Positions 20,085-30,399 are shown, counted from the stretch's first letter. The stretch: 64,000 nucleotides of DNA from a virus (IMGVR_UViG_3300043598_000012:16881-80880); one strand, 5' to 3'. Translations and numbers: made by a program. Notes: generated by a model from the sequence alone, not told the origin.

Positions 20085-20326
20085 ATAACGGCGACAAGGT
20101 CAAGGACAAGATCACGGGCTTTGAGGGCACCGTGACCGGGCGGGTCGAGTACATCACCGGCTGCAACCAGCTGTTGGTGCAGCCATCTTCCAAGGACGGC
20201 ACTGAGATGCCCAAGTCGTCTTGGATCGACGAGGACCGTTGCGAGCTCGTCGTGGCCATGTTCGTCGACCCCAACACGCTCCAGAAGCGCAACCCTGGCT
20301 TCGGCGAGCCTGCTCCGATCCGATGA
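20081..20326 (+). CDS. Small SH3-like phage protein
   Basis: GDKVKDKITGFEGTVTGRVEYITGC; AAGGAG RBS. Confidence 0.6.
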   Translation: MNNGDKVKDKITGFEGTVTGRVEYITGCNQLLVQPSSKDGTEMPKSSWIDEDRCELVVAMFVDPNTLQKRNPGFGEPAPIR

Positions 20327-20707
20327 AGTACTTCATGAGCGATGCCGAGATCGCCAACCGCAAGAAGGCTCGTTGCGACATCCTCGATGCCGTCAACAAG
20401 GGCCGGGACAAGCCTCTTCGCATGCGCCACATCCAGCGAGCAGCGCACGTCGCCCGCCATCAGAAGCTCGTCAAGAAGAACGTGCTGGTGGCAGTGGGGT
20501 TCAACCCAACCAGCCGGTGAGGGCGGAGCCAGGGGATCGAGTTCTGTTGCGAGGAGATCACCCCTACTGCGGGCATACAGGTTCCGTAACAGAACCTTTG
20601 CACTCTACGGCAGCAGGTCAGGCCATCAAAGTGCGTGTTGATGGTGGACCTGAGGTCTACGCCTTCGGCGATCAATGGACGGGCACACCCAAGGGAAGAA
20701 GTGTTCA

Positions 20708-21634
20708 GTGAGAGTTCACCTGGAAGGGTTCGGGCTTATGGGCAGCCTGCTGGCCCCTCACCTAGAGGACGTTGGTATCGAATTCACTTTCCACGACATC
20801 GGTGAAGAGCGAGTGCAGAGCTGGCGGGCAAGCACCGGCGCCATCATGCCTTTTGGGGACGAAGACTCCATGCAAGGGTTGGAGGACTGGCGGCAGATGG
20901 TTCGCTGCAAGGGTACGTTCCGGGAGCTCTACCTACCACACATCCAGCGAGCTCGGTTCTGCTATTACAGCCAGAACCCTCCGCACGGTGGGGCCAAGTT
21001 TGGTGTGGAGGAGATCGCCAAGGTTGGCGGTGTGCGCATCAGCAACAAGCACAGCTTCCACATTGACGCTCAGCAGGTGGTAGAAATTGCCCGCAGCCAC
21101 TACCGAAAGCAGCGTCTCGCCCATCGCCCATCCAAGAAGGCTGACGATGATCTGCTCATCGTGACGCATGGATGGCGTCCGAACACCATCGGCGCCTACT
21201 CGTGGGGTTGGAGTGCCATTGTTACTGCCAGGATGAGTGATGAATTGCAGATCGCCTTAGGCTTTGGGGAGGGTTGCTTCTACCTGCGCAACGGATATCA
21301 GGTTTGTTACCTTTACCCTGTGGGGCGGACGGGCGCCTTTTACGCAGGAACCACACTTGTGACTCAGAAGAACGGCCCCAAGGACCTCGACCCTGAGCCG
21401 CACTACAGGCGATGGGCAAACCAGCTAGAGAACTTCTCTGGAGGCCACCTCGCTGTCCGAGAACTGCTTCCGAACACTCTGCGGCAAGCCTGGCGCCCTA
21501 AGCCTCGCGACGACCAGAGCGAGCTTGTATGGAGGCGAGGCAGCACGGTCTACTTCCGGCCTGCGGCAGGTAACGGGATCAGGCTTTTCCCGCTCTACCT
21601 CGACGCCCTGTTGGCCGAGCTCGGGGTACGATAG
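20708..21634 (+). CDS. FAD-dependent oxidoreductase (DAO-like; candidate base-modification lyase)
   Basis: N-terminal GFGLMG Rossmann motif, WRP, GNG; sits among the hypermodification genes. Confidence 0.7.
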   Translation: MRVHLEGFGLMGSLLAPHLEDVGIEFTFHDIGEERVQSWRASTGAIMPFGDEDSMQGLEDWRQMVRCKGTFRELYLPHIQRARFCYYSQNPPHGGAKFGVEEIAKVGGVRISNKHSFHIDAQQVVEIARSHYRKQRLAHRPSKKADDDLLIVTHGWRPNTIGAYSWGWSAIVTARMSDELQIALGFGEGCFYLRNGYQVCYLYPVGRTGAFYAGTTLVTQKNGPKDLDPEPHYRRWANQLENFSGGHLAVRELLPNTLRQAWRPKPRDDQSELVWRRGSTVYFRPAAGNGIRLFPLYLDALLAELGVR

Positions 21635-21894
21635 TACAGAGCCGACTTAACCGGGAGTGCAAATGCCGAACGAAGAGAACTACGTGGACCGCACCTACAA
21701 GGTTAGGGAGAAGATCGCTCCTGGCCTGCATGAGGGCGTCACCTTCACGGTGCTACATCAAGACGACGCCGGATTGATCGTAGGGGTGCCCGAGGAGCGC
21801 CCAGTGGTGAAGGCTGAGGGGATCTCCAAGGAGGAGATGGACACCAACCACCGCATCCCCGTCTCCGCTCTCGGGAAGTGCGATGGGGTCACTG

Positions 21895-22413
21895 ATGGCG
21901 AGTGACATCCAGCCCATCAGTGGCGAGGAGTTTCGGCAGCTCGGCTACCTCCAGGAAGTCAACCGTCAGGTGCTGCATCCGCTCGGGCTCGCGCTCTACA
22001 ACGACCAGGGTTGGAGCAGGGAGCGAGTCGAGAAGCTGCTCCAGGAGCAAGGTGTCCAGTTCGGCGAGGACGCCATCGACAACATCATGACCTTCCTGGC
22101 TCGTGCTGGCCTCATGGAGGAGCACATCGCCGGAGCTCTCGACGATCGGAGCGACCCCGAGGGTTGGCAGTTCGCTGTGCGAGCCGACCACCTCGAAGAG
22201 GACATGGCGGAGTTCACCCGCAAGCGGATCAACATCGAGGGTGAGTGGACCAGCCGGTCGCTCACTCGCATCGCCAACCTTGGCTACATCGTTCAGGAGG
22301 ACATCCACGTCCCTGGCATGCAGCCGCTAGCCTTCGGCGAGGATGATGAGCCAGTTGACGATGAACCAGAAGTTGGTTCTGTCGATTCTGCCTCGCTTCC
22401 GGAGGGATCGTGA
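21895..22413 (+). CDS. Hypothetical phage protein
   Basis: Long ORF with typical codon usage (GYLQEVNRQVLHPLGLAL). Confidence 0.6.
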   Translation: MASDIQPISGEEFRQLGYLQEVNRQVLHPLGLALYNDQGWSRERVEKLLQEQGVQFGEDAIDNIMTFLARAGLMEEHIAGALDDRSDPEGWQFAVRADHLEEDMAEFTRKRINIEGEWTSRSLTRIANLGYIVQEDIHVPGMQPLAFGEDDEPVDDEPEVGSVDSASLPEGS

Positions 22414-23013
22414 GCGAGCCCACCTACTCTAGAGAGGTGCTCGTCGACCTGTGCGAGCGGGCAGCTGTCCCTGTAGACCACTGGCACGACCGCGACTCAG
22501 CGGGGGCTCAGAAGCAGGTGGGCGAGGCCTTGATGCTCCTCAAGGCTGGGTGCGATTTCTCTATGAGCGAGGATCCCGTCACGGACGAGAAGACCGTCTG
22601 GATCAGGGTTGTCTACCCAGGGTTCAACGCCTTCGAGTGTGGTCGGGATCGTGCCGACGGATACTGGGATGATGACACCTTCTACATCCCCACCAACGTG
22701 CGGCTCGCTCGCTCAGAAGGCAAGGACTGGTACTGATGGGTCTCGTTGGCGCCATGGCCTACCCGCACGCGCTACGAGCAGGGCAGAAGGTGATCTGGGA
22801 TCAGCGTGATGGTGTGGCGACCGTCCTCGTGGTAAAGGACGTGAAGCGCATCACCGTCGAGCACGCTCGTCCGTTCTATGAGGGTAGGCACGGAGTCCGA
22901 GATGCCGACTTCACACATGTTGTGGTGAACTTCAAGGGGCTGCCATGGCCGGTGATCTTCGGGCACATGCAATCGGTGTCCGTGTTCGAACAGCAGTTCC
23001 GAGGAGATGACTG

Positions 23014-23580
23014 ATGAAGCGTTACATGTGTTACATCGTGGGAGAACCTGGCAGCGGCAAGACAACGCTGTGCCGAGAGTTCACATCTGACCTTCGCAAG
23101 AAGGTCAAGACTGTCCCCTACGTGAGCTATACTCACTTCGGCAAGGAGACCATGGAGCTCGGCCACGATCGGGAGACATTCGGGGGTACTGATGCTCTCG
23201 GGATGGCTGCCCAGAACCATGTGCTGGAGTTCCTGCGTAACGGACCTGGCGCCGAGTACCGCTACATCCTGGCGGAGGGGGACCGGCTTGCCAACGCCAA
23301 GTTCTTCGAGGCGGTGCGGGGCATGGGCATCGACCTGAACGTCTACGCCTTGCTACCTCCGGCCAAGGTCATCGAGCGTCGTCGAGCTGCCCGCAACGCA
23401 TCCATTGGCAAGGAGCAGAACGAGCGGTGGCTGAAGACGAGGGCCACCAAGGTTGCCAACATTGTCCACGATTGGGTTCCACCAGAGCATCGGCTGACCC
23501 AAAGACCAGAAGAGGTCCTTCGGATCATACTGGCAGACGATCCGGTGGCGAAGCAGTTGGCTCGGATGCGCGACTCCTAG
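23014..23580 (+). CDS. P-loop 5-hydroxymethyluracil DNA kinase (5-HMUDK)
   Basis: GEPGSGKTT, FGGTDALGM, AEGDRL motifs typical of the kinases that accompany aGPT-Pplases. Confidence 0.8.
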   Translation: MKRYMCYIVGEPGSGKTTLCREFTSDLRKKVKTVPYVSYTHFGKETMELGHDRETFGGTDALGMAAQNHVLEFLRNGPGAEYRYILAEGDRLANAKFFEAVRGMGIDLNVYALLPPAKVIERRRAARNASIGKEQNERWLKTRATKVANIVHDWVPPEHRLTQRPEEVLRIILADDPVAKQLARMRDS

Positions 23581-23617
23581 TTGGAGTTGTCTGATTCGGT
23601 TGTCCTATGCTGTTGTC

Positions 23618-24076
23618 GTGGAGCTCAAGACGTGTAGCAAATGCAAAGAGAAGAAGCCAATCAGCGAGTTCCACCTCGTGCGCAAAAGCGGTACACAACG
23701 GTTCTCTCGATGCAAGCCGTGCAGGCTACAGGACCAACGCGATTGGTATTCTAGGTTGTCTTCAGAGGAGCGGCGAGCTCGGCAAAAGGCGCCCGAAAGA
23801 AACCGAGACCTGCACCTTCGTCGCACTTATGGAATCACGCTTGCAGAGTTCAATGCCATGTTGCGCCACCAACGAGGACGCTGTGCTATCTGCCGCACCA
23901 AGGAGCCAGGTGGCAGGTCTCGTCACAAGCACGGTTGGTTCGTTGACCATTGTCACAAGACCGGTAAAGTGCGAGGTCTCTTGTGCAGTGACTGCAATTT
24001 GCGCCTACTTCCTGGAGCTAAGGACAGCGTGAAGATCCTTCGAGCGGCCGTCGCGTATCTGGAGCGGACATCGTGA
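23618..24076 (+). CDS. Endonuclease VII-type HNH homing endonuclease (leaderless)
   Basis: YGITL...QRGRCAIC...VDHCHKTGKVRGLLCSDCN; TATGCT-6 bp-GTG. Confidence 0.88.
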   Translation: MELKTCSKCKEKKPISEFHLVRKSGTQRFSRCKPCRLQDQRDWYSRLSSEERRARQKAPERNRDLHLRRTYGITLAEFNAMLRHQRGRCAICRTKEPGGRSRHKHGWFVDHCHKTGKVRGLLCSDCNLRLLPGAKDSVKILRAAVAYLERTS

Positions 24077-25869
24077 GGATTTGGCTCGCAAAGAAGGATG
24101 AGGCACGGGAGCGGCACGTAGTTGTCGACCTGAACGCTACGGAGGAGAGCGAGTTCATCTTCGTAGTGCGGCGGTTCGTGCTGCCCGAGGGCGTACAGCC
24201 TTGGCGAGAGCGGAGTCCCGCAGGTACCAAGGTTCGCTATCGCTTTGGGATGAGGTGGCTGGACCGACTCATCATGACCTTCCCAGTAGCGGAGCGGTCA
24301 GCAGCCATCGATGCCAAGCTCGCAGCGGACAGCCAGGCACACCTACATCGTCTGAAGAACCCTCCCACGTTCTCGGCGCCCAGCTTCCGAGAGCATGCTC
24401 GCACAGGGCGCCACAAGGACGGCACACCCTTCACGCTCTACCCACATCAGCTCGTGAGCATCTCCAACGGCTTGCGGGATCCCCGACACATGGTCAACCT
24501 GGGTATGGGGTTGGGCAAGACAGCCATCGGCTGGGCCATGGCCTGCAAGCTTCGGCCCAAGCGCATGGCCATCATCACCACCTACGGCGGTAAGGCGGTG
24601 TGGGAAGACGAGATGGCAGAGTGGACTCACATCCGCCCAGACCGGCTCCAGGTGGTTGACGGCACAGCCGCTAAGCGCCGAGACCAGATCGGTCAGTTCA
24701 TGGAGGCTGACCCCAACGAGGCACGCATCCTGGCCTTCAACTGGGATCTCCTCCGTCTACACCCGGAGATGGCAGACGTCGTGTTCGACTTCATGGTGGT
24801 TGACGAGTTCCACCGAGCCAAGAACCACGAGGCAGCGGTGACGGAGGCTTTCCTCAAGCTGCGAGCGCACCGAGAATTGCTGCTTTCGGGGACTCCCATG
24901 ATCAACCGTACCGAGGAGCTCTGGACTCCCCTGCACCGTGTGTGTAGGCGCCGAGACAGCCTCCGGCCGACGGACACCAACAGCAAGTATCCCTCCTCGT
25001 GGCTGTTCAACAAAACGCTGCGCATCAAGTTCGGGGGCAGTGATAGCCTGCTGGGTCGCAACCCCGACTTCATGGAGATGATCAAGCAGGACCTCGACGA
25101 TCACTCCACTCGTTTCCGTCGCGATCAGGTGGATCAGGACCTGCCAGAAGTTATTCCGTTTACGGTGAAGGTGCGACTCACCTCCGAGCAGCGGAAACTC
25201 TATAACAAGATCCGTGATGAGTTCAAACTGGAATTGGAGGATGGCCGCACTCACACGGTAAGCGATGCACGCGCCCTGATCACTCGATTGAAGCAGGCCT
25301 GTTGGAGCCCCGAGCTCTACGGAGGATCGCAAAAGAGCGCCAAGGTCGATGAGCTCCGAGGGATCGTGCGAGACCTTGTAGACGCTGGGGAGAAGGCCAT
25401 CCTCTTCTCCCAGTGGAGCAAGGCCACTCGCATCCTTCAGCGTGAGTTCGGACACTACGGGATCGCCTACGTCGATGGCGGAATCAATGCAGCTAAACGG
25501 AAGTTGGAAGCGAAGCGGTTCAACACGGACCCCGATTGCAAGCTCTACATCGGCACTATCGGGGCTAACCGAGAGTCGATTACCCTGGGTGCAGCAACCA
25601 ATGTTGTCTTTACTGACAAGGAATGGAGTGACGAGTATAACGACCAGGCTCGGGATCGCTCTGCATCCGGCGGTCTGCGAGGACTCGGCGTCAGCCACGT
25701 TAACCTCATCGAGCTGCTAGCCGAGGACACCGTGGACTTCGACATCGAAGCTGTGCTTGGACGCAAGAGCAATGAGTTCGACGTGGTGGTCGAGAGCGAC
25801 GGAGGCAATCGGGCCAAGAAGAAGAGACGGCACCCGCTTACTTTTGACGAATTGATGGCGGCCATCTAG
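24073..25869 (+). CDS. SNF2-family helicase
   Basis: MGLGKT, VVDEFH, LSGTPMIN, ILFSQW, ESITL. Confidence 0.92.
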   Translation: MRIWLAKKDEARERHVVVDLNATEESEFIFVVRRFVLPEGVQPWRERSPAGTKVRYRFGMRWLDRLIMTFPVAERSAAIDAKLAADSQAHLHRLKNPPTFSAPSFREHARTGRHKDGTPFTLYPHQLVSISNGLRDPRHMVNLGMGLGKTAIGWAMACKLRPKRMAIITTYGGKAVWEDEMAEWTHIRPDRLQVVDGTAAKRRDQIGQFMEADPNEARILAFNWDLLRLHPEMADVVFDFMVVDEFHRAKNHEAAVTEAFLKLRAHRELLLSGTPMINRTEELWTPLHRVCRRRDSLRPTDTNSKYPSSWLFNKTLRIKFGGSDSLLGRNPDFMEMIKQDLDDHSTRFRRDQVDQDLPEVIPFTVKVRLTSEQRKLYNKIRDEFKLELEDGRTHTVSDARALITRLKQACWSPELYGGSQKSAKVDELRGIVRDLVDAGEKAILFSQWSKATRILQREFGHYGIAYVDGGINAAKRKLEAKRFNTDPDCKLYIGTIGANRESITLGAATNVVFTDKEWSDEYNDQARDRSASGGLRGLGVSHVNLIELLAEDTVDFDIEAVLGRKSNEFDVVVESDGGNRAKKKRRHPLTFDELMAAI

Positions 25870-25883
25870 CGTACCATGTCTCG

Positions 25884-25995
25884 GAGAGCCGCAGGTGTTT
25901 GCAACACTTCAACCCCATGGGGTAGATGAGCGACGGAGCCGTGATCCACTTGACCTCTGAGTGGTGCAGGCAGTAGAGGGGCGCCTGCGGCTCTC
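25884..25995 (+). ncRNA. Candidate structured small RNA A (112 nt)
   Basis: TACCAT -10 at 25872, 6 bp before a G start; 5' GAGAGCCGCAGGTGT pairs with 3' GCGCCTGCGGCTCTC (15 bp, 2 G-U); intergenic. Confidence 0.65.
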
Positions 25996-26032
25996 GCTCC
26001 CAACTTGGCGAGCATTGGTGTAAGATGTGGCT

Positions 26033-26329
26033 ATGACCACCGAAAAGGTTCAGCTGCTCGTTCTTCTCACCACCTCTGGGCCGTTGCCCATGGGCTACGC
26101 CGACAGTGACAGGGGCAAGGTGAGCCTGGGGCTCTCAGCGGCTCGCTACCAGCAAGCCAGGCTGGCGCACGGCCACCGCATCGTCGAGCTCTCTCAGCGC
26201 CGAGCTTCCTGGTGGATGTGCCACCAGATGTACGCAGAGCGGCAGATGATGATTGGGCATGCCTTGGCACGGCTCGAAGGCCGCACCTCCATGGGCTACG
26301 ACGAGTGGCGGTGGGGTCGCTTCTCTTGA
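26033..26329 (+). CDS. Hypothetical protein (leaderless)
   Basis: TAAGAT-6 bp-ATG. Confidence 0.55.
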   Translation: MTTEKVQLLVLLTTSGPLPMGYADSDRGKVSLGLSAARYQQARLAHGHRIVELSQRRASWWMCHQMYAERQMMIGHALARLEGRTSMGYDEWRWGRFS

Positions 26330-26390
26330 GGTAGAGGTGTTCTTTCCAACAAGACGTGCGAAGTTGCCAACCGTGAGGCAAGATGTTCCT
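26330..26390 (+). promoter_or_regulatory. Conserved leaderless promoter element, copy 2
   Basis: GGTAG-21-GTGCGA-17-CAAGAT-6-ATG(26391). Confidence 0.85.
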
Positions 26391-26801
26391 ATGACCACCA
26401 CACCTAAGACCGCTGCCGAGTGGATGCGCCACTACGAACATCTGCCGCTGAAGGATCTGAAGATCCACGCTGGACAGAGCATGGGGCTCAGCACCGCCGG
26501 AGGCAGGGAGGCGATCCTGGACCGCATCAGGGCTCTTCAGATCGAGGTGTATGGCCTTCCGACTCTTCCGATCAAAGACAAGATCTGGGACGACACGCTC
26601 TCCGAGTTCGAGAGCAGCTACGAGGCTGTAGGCCATGCGGCCTTCTGGATGTCCTTCACCGGCTCAACCTACGACCACAGCGGCTACTATGAGCTGCGCA
26701 CTCAACTGGAGGATCTTATCGACGAGGGCGAGCCTGAAGATGAGAATTGCCAGGATTTCGAGGCGTCACGTTGGAACGTCTACCAGGACTGTGCGTTCTG
26801 A
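26391..26801 (+). CDS. Hypothetical protein with N-terminal SAP/HeH-like motif
   Basis: YEHLPLKDLK...GLSTAGGREAILDRI. Confidence 0.6.
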   Translation: MTTTPKTAAEWMRHYEHLPLKDLKIHAGQSMGLSTAGGREAILDRIRALQIEVYGLPTLPIKDKIWDDTLSEFESSYEAVGHAAFWMSFTGSTYDHSGYYELRTQLEDLIDEGEPEDENCQDFEASRWNVYQDCAF

Positions 26802-27338
26802 TGGCCCGCTCCAAGAGGACCCTGTTCCTCGACAACCGCAACCGCTGGATCATGTCGGAGCCGACAGACAGCGGGTTCCTCCACACTCGACTCGGCACCA
26901 CCAACACCTTCCAGACGCGAGAGCTCGCCGAGAAGGAGATGGTCCGAGTGGTTCGTCGCAGGCAGCGTGCTGCCGTCAAGCAAAGGAAGTCGGCATGACC
27001 ACCTTCATCACAAAGTTCGAGAACGACTCGATCCACGCTGTGACGCGTCACACATGGCACGTCACAGGTGTTGAGTATCACCGCAACGGCAGCGGAGGGG
27101 AGGGGTTCTATCTCGTCGAGTTCCACCGTGCGGTCATGGCTTCAGAAGACCATCGGCCCAGAGCAGCAAAGCTCTCCAAGGACAGCATCGTCCGCTACTT
27201 GAGCCTTCGAGCGGTAGTCTTCCGGACGGATTGCCATTGTGCTGTGTTCAACCCAGCCAAGGCAGACGACTGTTACCGTGGTGACAATTTCGAGCGTGGC
27301 CTCCGTGAGGTTATCAAGGTCTACGAGAAGTCGCTCTG

Positions 27339-27617
27339 ATGGGCACCCACATCAACGTCGGCCCCCTTCGCTTCCCCAAGCAGGGAGAATGGCTTGGCAA
27401 GCGGGTCAACGTCTGCTTCCACTTCAAGACCGAGGATCTCTTCCCTGGCACCATCGTGCGGGAGGACAGCGAGGAGCCTGGGCGCCTGATCATTGCGCTC
27501 GACGACGGGCGCTACGTCATAAGCACGGAGTGCATGTATAGCTTCAACAACGTGCCAACCAACGAGGGTAACACGCCACCGTTCCCCGGCTTCGAGCATG
27601 TGATGGGAGGTGCGTGA
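27339..27617 (+). CDS. Small beta-rich phage protein
   Basis: TGATG coupling; GKRVNVCF...IALDDGRYV. Confidence 0.6.
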   Translation: MGTHINVGPLRFPKQGEWLGKRVNVCFHFKTEDLFPGTIVREDSEEPGRLIIALDDGRYVISTECMYSFNNVPTNEGNTPPFPGFEHVMGGA

Positions 27618-27869
27618 TGTTCAAGGGCTACCTCACGAGGATGGGAACAGTCACCCAGGACACCAAGTCAGCCGTAGATCCCGGGCTGGCTCGCAAGGGT
27701 GTGCGCTACTCTACCCGTACTGGTGAGGACATCATCGGCGACGTGCACTTGATCCGCTCCTCACCAGCCTTGTGGGATGTCTTTTCACGGAACCCCTATA
27801 GGTTTGCCAGGGTGCAGGCTCCTAACCGGCGCTTCGCCATTGAGGCTGCCTTGGAAGAGGTGAACAGCA

Positions 27870-28292
27870 ATGCCGAAGGGTGATTGCTTCTCACTTGCAC
27901 TATCGCTCGTGGCGGGGTACGTGCATGGTGACCCCGTCAACAATCCCGACGATCAGGCTCCGATGCCTGGCGGCAAGGTCGTCCACGGGCTCCCCATTGG
28001 TCGCGGCCCAGAGAACATGGGCAAGCGGTACTGGCATGCATGGGTAGAGGTTGTCATCAACGGGGTGGTCACCGTCATGGACTACTCCAACGACCAGCGG
28101 ATCACTATGCCCAGGGACGAGTACTACCGCTTCGGTAACATACAGCAGGTGTGGCGCTACAACGCTCACCAAGCCCGAGCTCAGTTCAAGAAGCAGCAGC
28201 GTTGTGGCCCTTGGGTCAAGGGCTGGGAGTCCATGAGCGAGGCCAGCGAGCACCGTCTGGCCGCTGAGCAAGCCGTCGCGGAGGGGTCGTGA
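27870..28292 (+). CDS. Transglutaminase/papain-like protein
   Basis: GDCF...VHG...HAWVE...VMD (Cys-His-Asp triad pattern). Confidence 0.55.
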   Translation: MPKGDCFSLALSLVAGYVHGDPVNNPDDQAPMPGGKVVHGLPIGRGPENMGKRYWHAWVEVVINGVVTVMDYSNDQRITMPRDEYYRFGNIQQVWRYNAHQARAQFKKQQRCGPWVKGWESMSEASEHRLAAEQAVAEGS

Positions 28293-28927
28293 AGAAGAAC
28301 ATCGAGCGCGAGGAGCATCCTGCCTTTGCTATGGCAGAGGTCAACAGGGTGCACGCCACACCGGGCGCCGCTCTGTTCGACAGTGAGCTCCAGCACAGTG
28401 AGTACGTGGTGCTCCGCATCAAGCGAGCCATGCGTAGGCGAGAACTGAAGCGTGATTGGATCACCGACGCCGAGCAGCTCGTTGAGGTTTCCATGAGCAT
28501 GGCCCAGTGGGGTGCCTTAGTGTCTTCGTTTGGCACCAACGGAGTGCCTGTGACCCTCAACTGGCTGTCGGGCGAAGGTGATGTAGAGCGGCTTTCCTAC
28601 GAACCACGCATGGCCGAGTCGCTCAAGGAGATCGAAGGTGCAGCCACAGAGCTGGTGCATGACATTAGGTGGGCAGCGGACGAGCTCCGGGAGGCCTTCG
28701 ACAACAAGGCCAGTCGTCGCGAGGTTGAGGATAAGCTGAGTCACCTGGAGGCCATGATCAACAACGCCCGTGCCGACGCTTGCTTCACGGCCACTCAGTT
28801 CTCCAAGCACGTTGAGAACACCGTCACCAAGGCTCGTGCGGACATCGAAGCCATGGCCGCATCTGCCCAGCAGCGAGGGATCGAGGCGGGTAGCCTGCCG
28901 CTGATGGAGCTTCCTAGTGCCGACTGA
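28289..28927 (+). CDS. Hypothetical phage protein with coiled-coil C-terminus
   Basis: Long coupled ORF (HPAFAM...LFDS...GVPVTL). Confidence 0.65.
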   Translation: MKKNIEREEHPAFAMAEVNRVHATPGAALFDSELQHSEYVVLRIKRAMRRRELKRDWITDAEQLVEVSMSMAQWGALVSSFGTNGVPVTLNWLSGEGDVERLSYEPRMAESLKEIEGAATELVHDIRWAADELREAFDNKASRREVEDKLSHLEAMINNARADACFTATQFSKHVENTVTKARADIEAMAASAQQRGIEAGSLPLMELPSAD

Positions 28928-29654
28928 GAAGCGATGTCGATGCGGGCATCTGATGCGCTGGCACAGGAAGCAGTGGCCAGACCAATGCACGATCTGTGAG
29001 CGTCGCTACGGTCCGACTAGCGCATGCCTACCACCTAAGGGGTGTTCGAACAAGACATCCGCACATAGCACAAAGGCAGGTGTATAATCATTGCGTGGCA
29101 ACGAGAAAGTCAGGAGCAGCCAACCCAGGAGGAACAGAACGAACAAGGAGGCCAGCAGCCAACCTCGTCCAGCTAGCACTCGGGCGAAGCGTCCGGGTGT
29201 GGGGCGAAGCATCGATCACCGTCGCAGTGACGGACGATCCACCGCAGTTCGTCAAGGTGACGTTCGGGCACGAGCGGCTCGCAAGCAACGACAGCGAGCA
29301 GGAGATCCTCAAGACCGAACGTCAGATTCACGCAACCAACAGCAAGGTCGTCGAGCGGAGAGCAAGGGAGCTCCGGCAGCTCGTGCATCGGACGATGGAC
29401 GAGGGCGACTACGGCTGAAGCTCGCACACAAGGATGTTCGCTCCGGTCAGTTCGTCGACCGGCTCGGACAGAAGCTGAGGCAGGGAGCCAAGGTTTGGCA
29501 CTATCCCTACCGAGGTGAGACACGGCATCGAGCCGTAGTGGCGAACGACGGCATCCTGGGACGGATGCTTGCAATCCAACTGGAGGGGGACCCCTTTCCG
29601 GTCAACGTAGACCACCGCAGGGTGGAACTCATGAAGGAGAGAGGACAACAGCAA

Positions 29655-30242
29655 ATGGCAACGACAGCAGCAGCCAACAAGCCTGCGAACGCCCGAGAGG
29701 CGCGAGCCATGGCGAAGGAGCTGGGCATCGAGGGTTGGGAGGACTTGGGCCGAGAGGACCTGCTGTCCGCCATCGCCACTGCTCAGAAGGGAAGTTCAGC
29801 AGCAGCTCCGACCAAGGCTCCAGCAGCCAAGAAGGCTTCAGGGGCCAAGAAGGCTCCGGCGAAGAAGGCAGCCACCAAGCGAGCTCCGGCCAAGGCCAAG
29901 GCTCCAACCAAGAAGGCCAGTGGTGGTCGGGCCAACCCCGATCCCGACGATCCGATCCCGTTCCGTCCGGGCACCAACCTGTACGAGATCGCCAAGGCGC
30001 TCCTCAAGGGCGGCAAGCGGTCGGTCCTCGTCAAGCACCTGAAGCCCAGGCTCAGCTTCAACCCCCGCAAGCAGAGCGCCAAGGACTTCGACACGGATGC
30101 CGAGATCGACCGTCGGCTGAAGGTCATCGGCTACATCCTCAAGAACCAGCACGGCTGGACCTACGCCTCCAACGGCCGCGGTCCCGACGCCCTGATCCAG
30201 GCGACGCCTCCGGGCACTGAGAACAAGGTCGCTGCCAAGTAG
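29655..30242 (+). CDS. Putative nucleoid-associated DNA-binding protein (Rho-N-like domain + PAKK repeats)
   Basis: AREARAMAKELGIEGWEDLGREDLLSAI, histone-H1-like PAKK linker, AAGGAG RBS, downstream terminator. Confidence 0.7.
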   Translation: MATTAAANKPANAREARAMAKELGIEGWEDLGREDLLSAIATAQKGSSAAAPTKAPAAKKASGAKKAPAKKAATKRAPAKAKAPTKKASGGRANPDPDDPIPFRPGTNLYEIAKALLKGGKRSVLVKHLKPRLSFNPRKQSAKDFDTDAEIDRRLKVIGYILKNQHGWTYASNGRGPDALIQATPPGTENKVAAK

Positions 30243-30272
30243 CTCATCCCCAACGGCTACTAGCGGCTGAGC

Positions 30273-30298
30273 CAGTGGGACCCTTCGGGGTCCCACTG
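30273..30298 (+). terminator. Stem-loop with UUCG tetraloop
   Basis: CAGTGGGACCC-TTCG-GGGTCCCACTG, perfect 11-bp stem. Confidence 0.8.
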
Positions 30299-30312
30299 TC
30301 GCGTATGGATGA

Positions 30313-30393
30313 GAATTGCTGCTTTCTTGAGCCGTCAGTGAATTGCTGTTATTTTGGGGCGTCAGTAAATTGCTGCTTTTCGGGGCGTACTAT
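30313..30393 (+). repeat. Three tandem 27-bp imperfect direct repeats overlapping a promoter
   Basis: AATTGCTG at 30314, 30341, 30368; the third unit ends in the TACTAT -10 of the gene at 30400. Confidence 0.85.
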
Positions 30394-30399
30394 GTCGGT

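Noticed and set aside
30313-30393. Mini CRISPR array
   Set aside because: The repeats are directly tandem with no unique spacers
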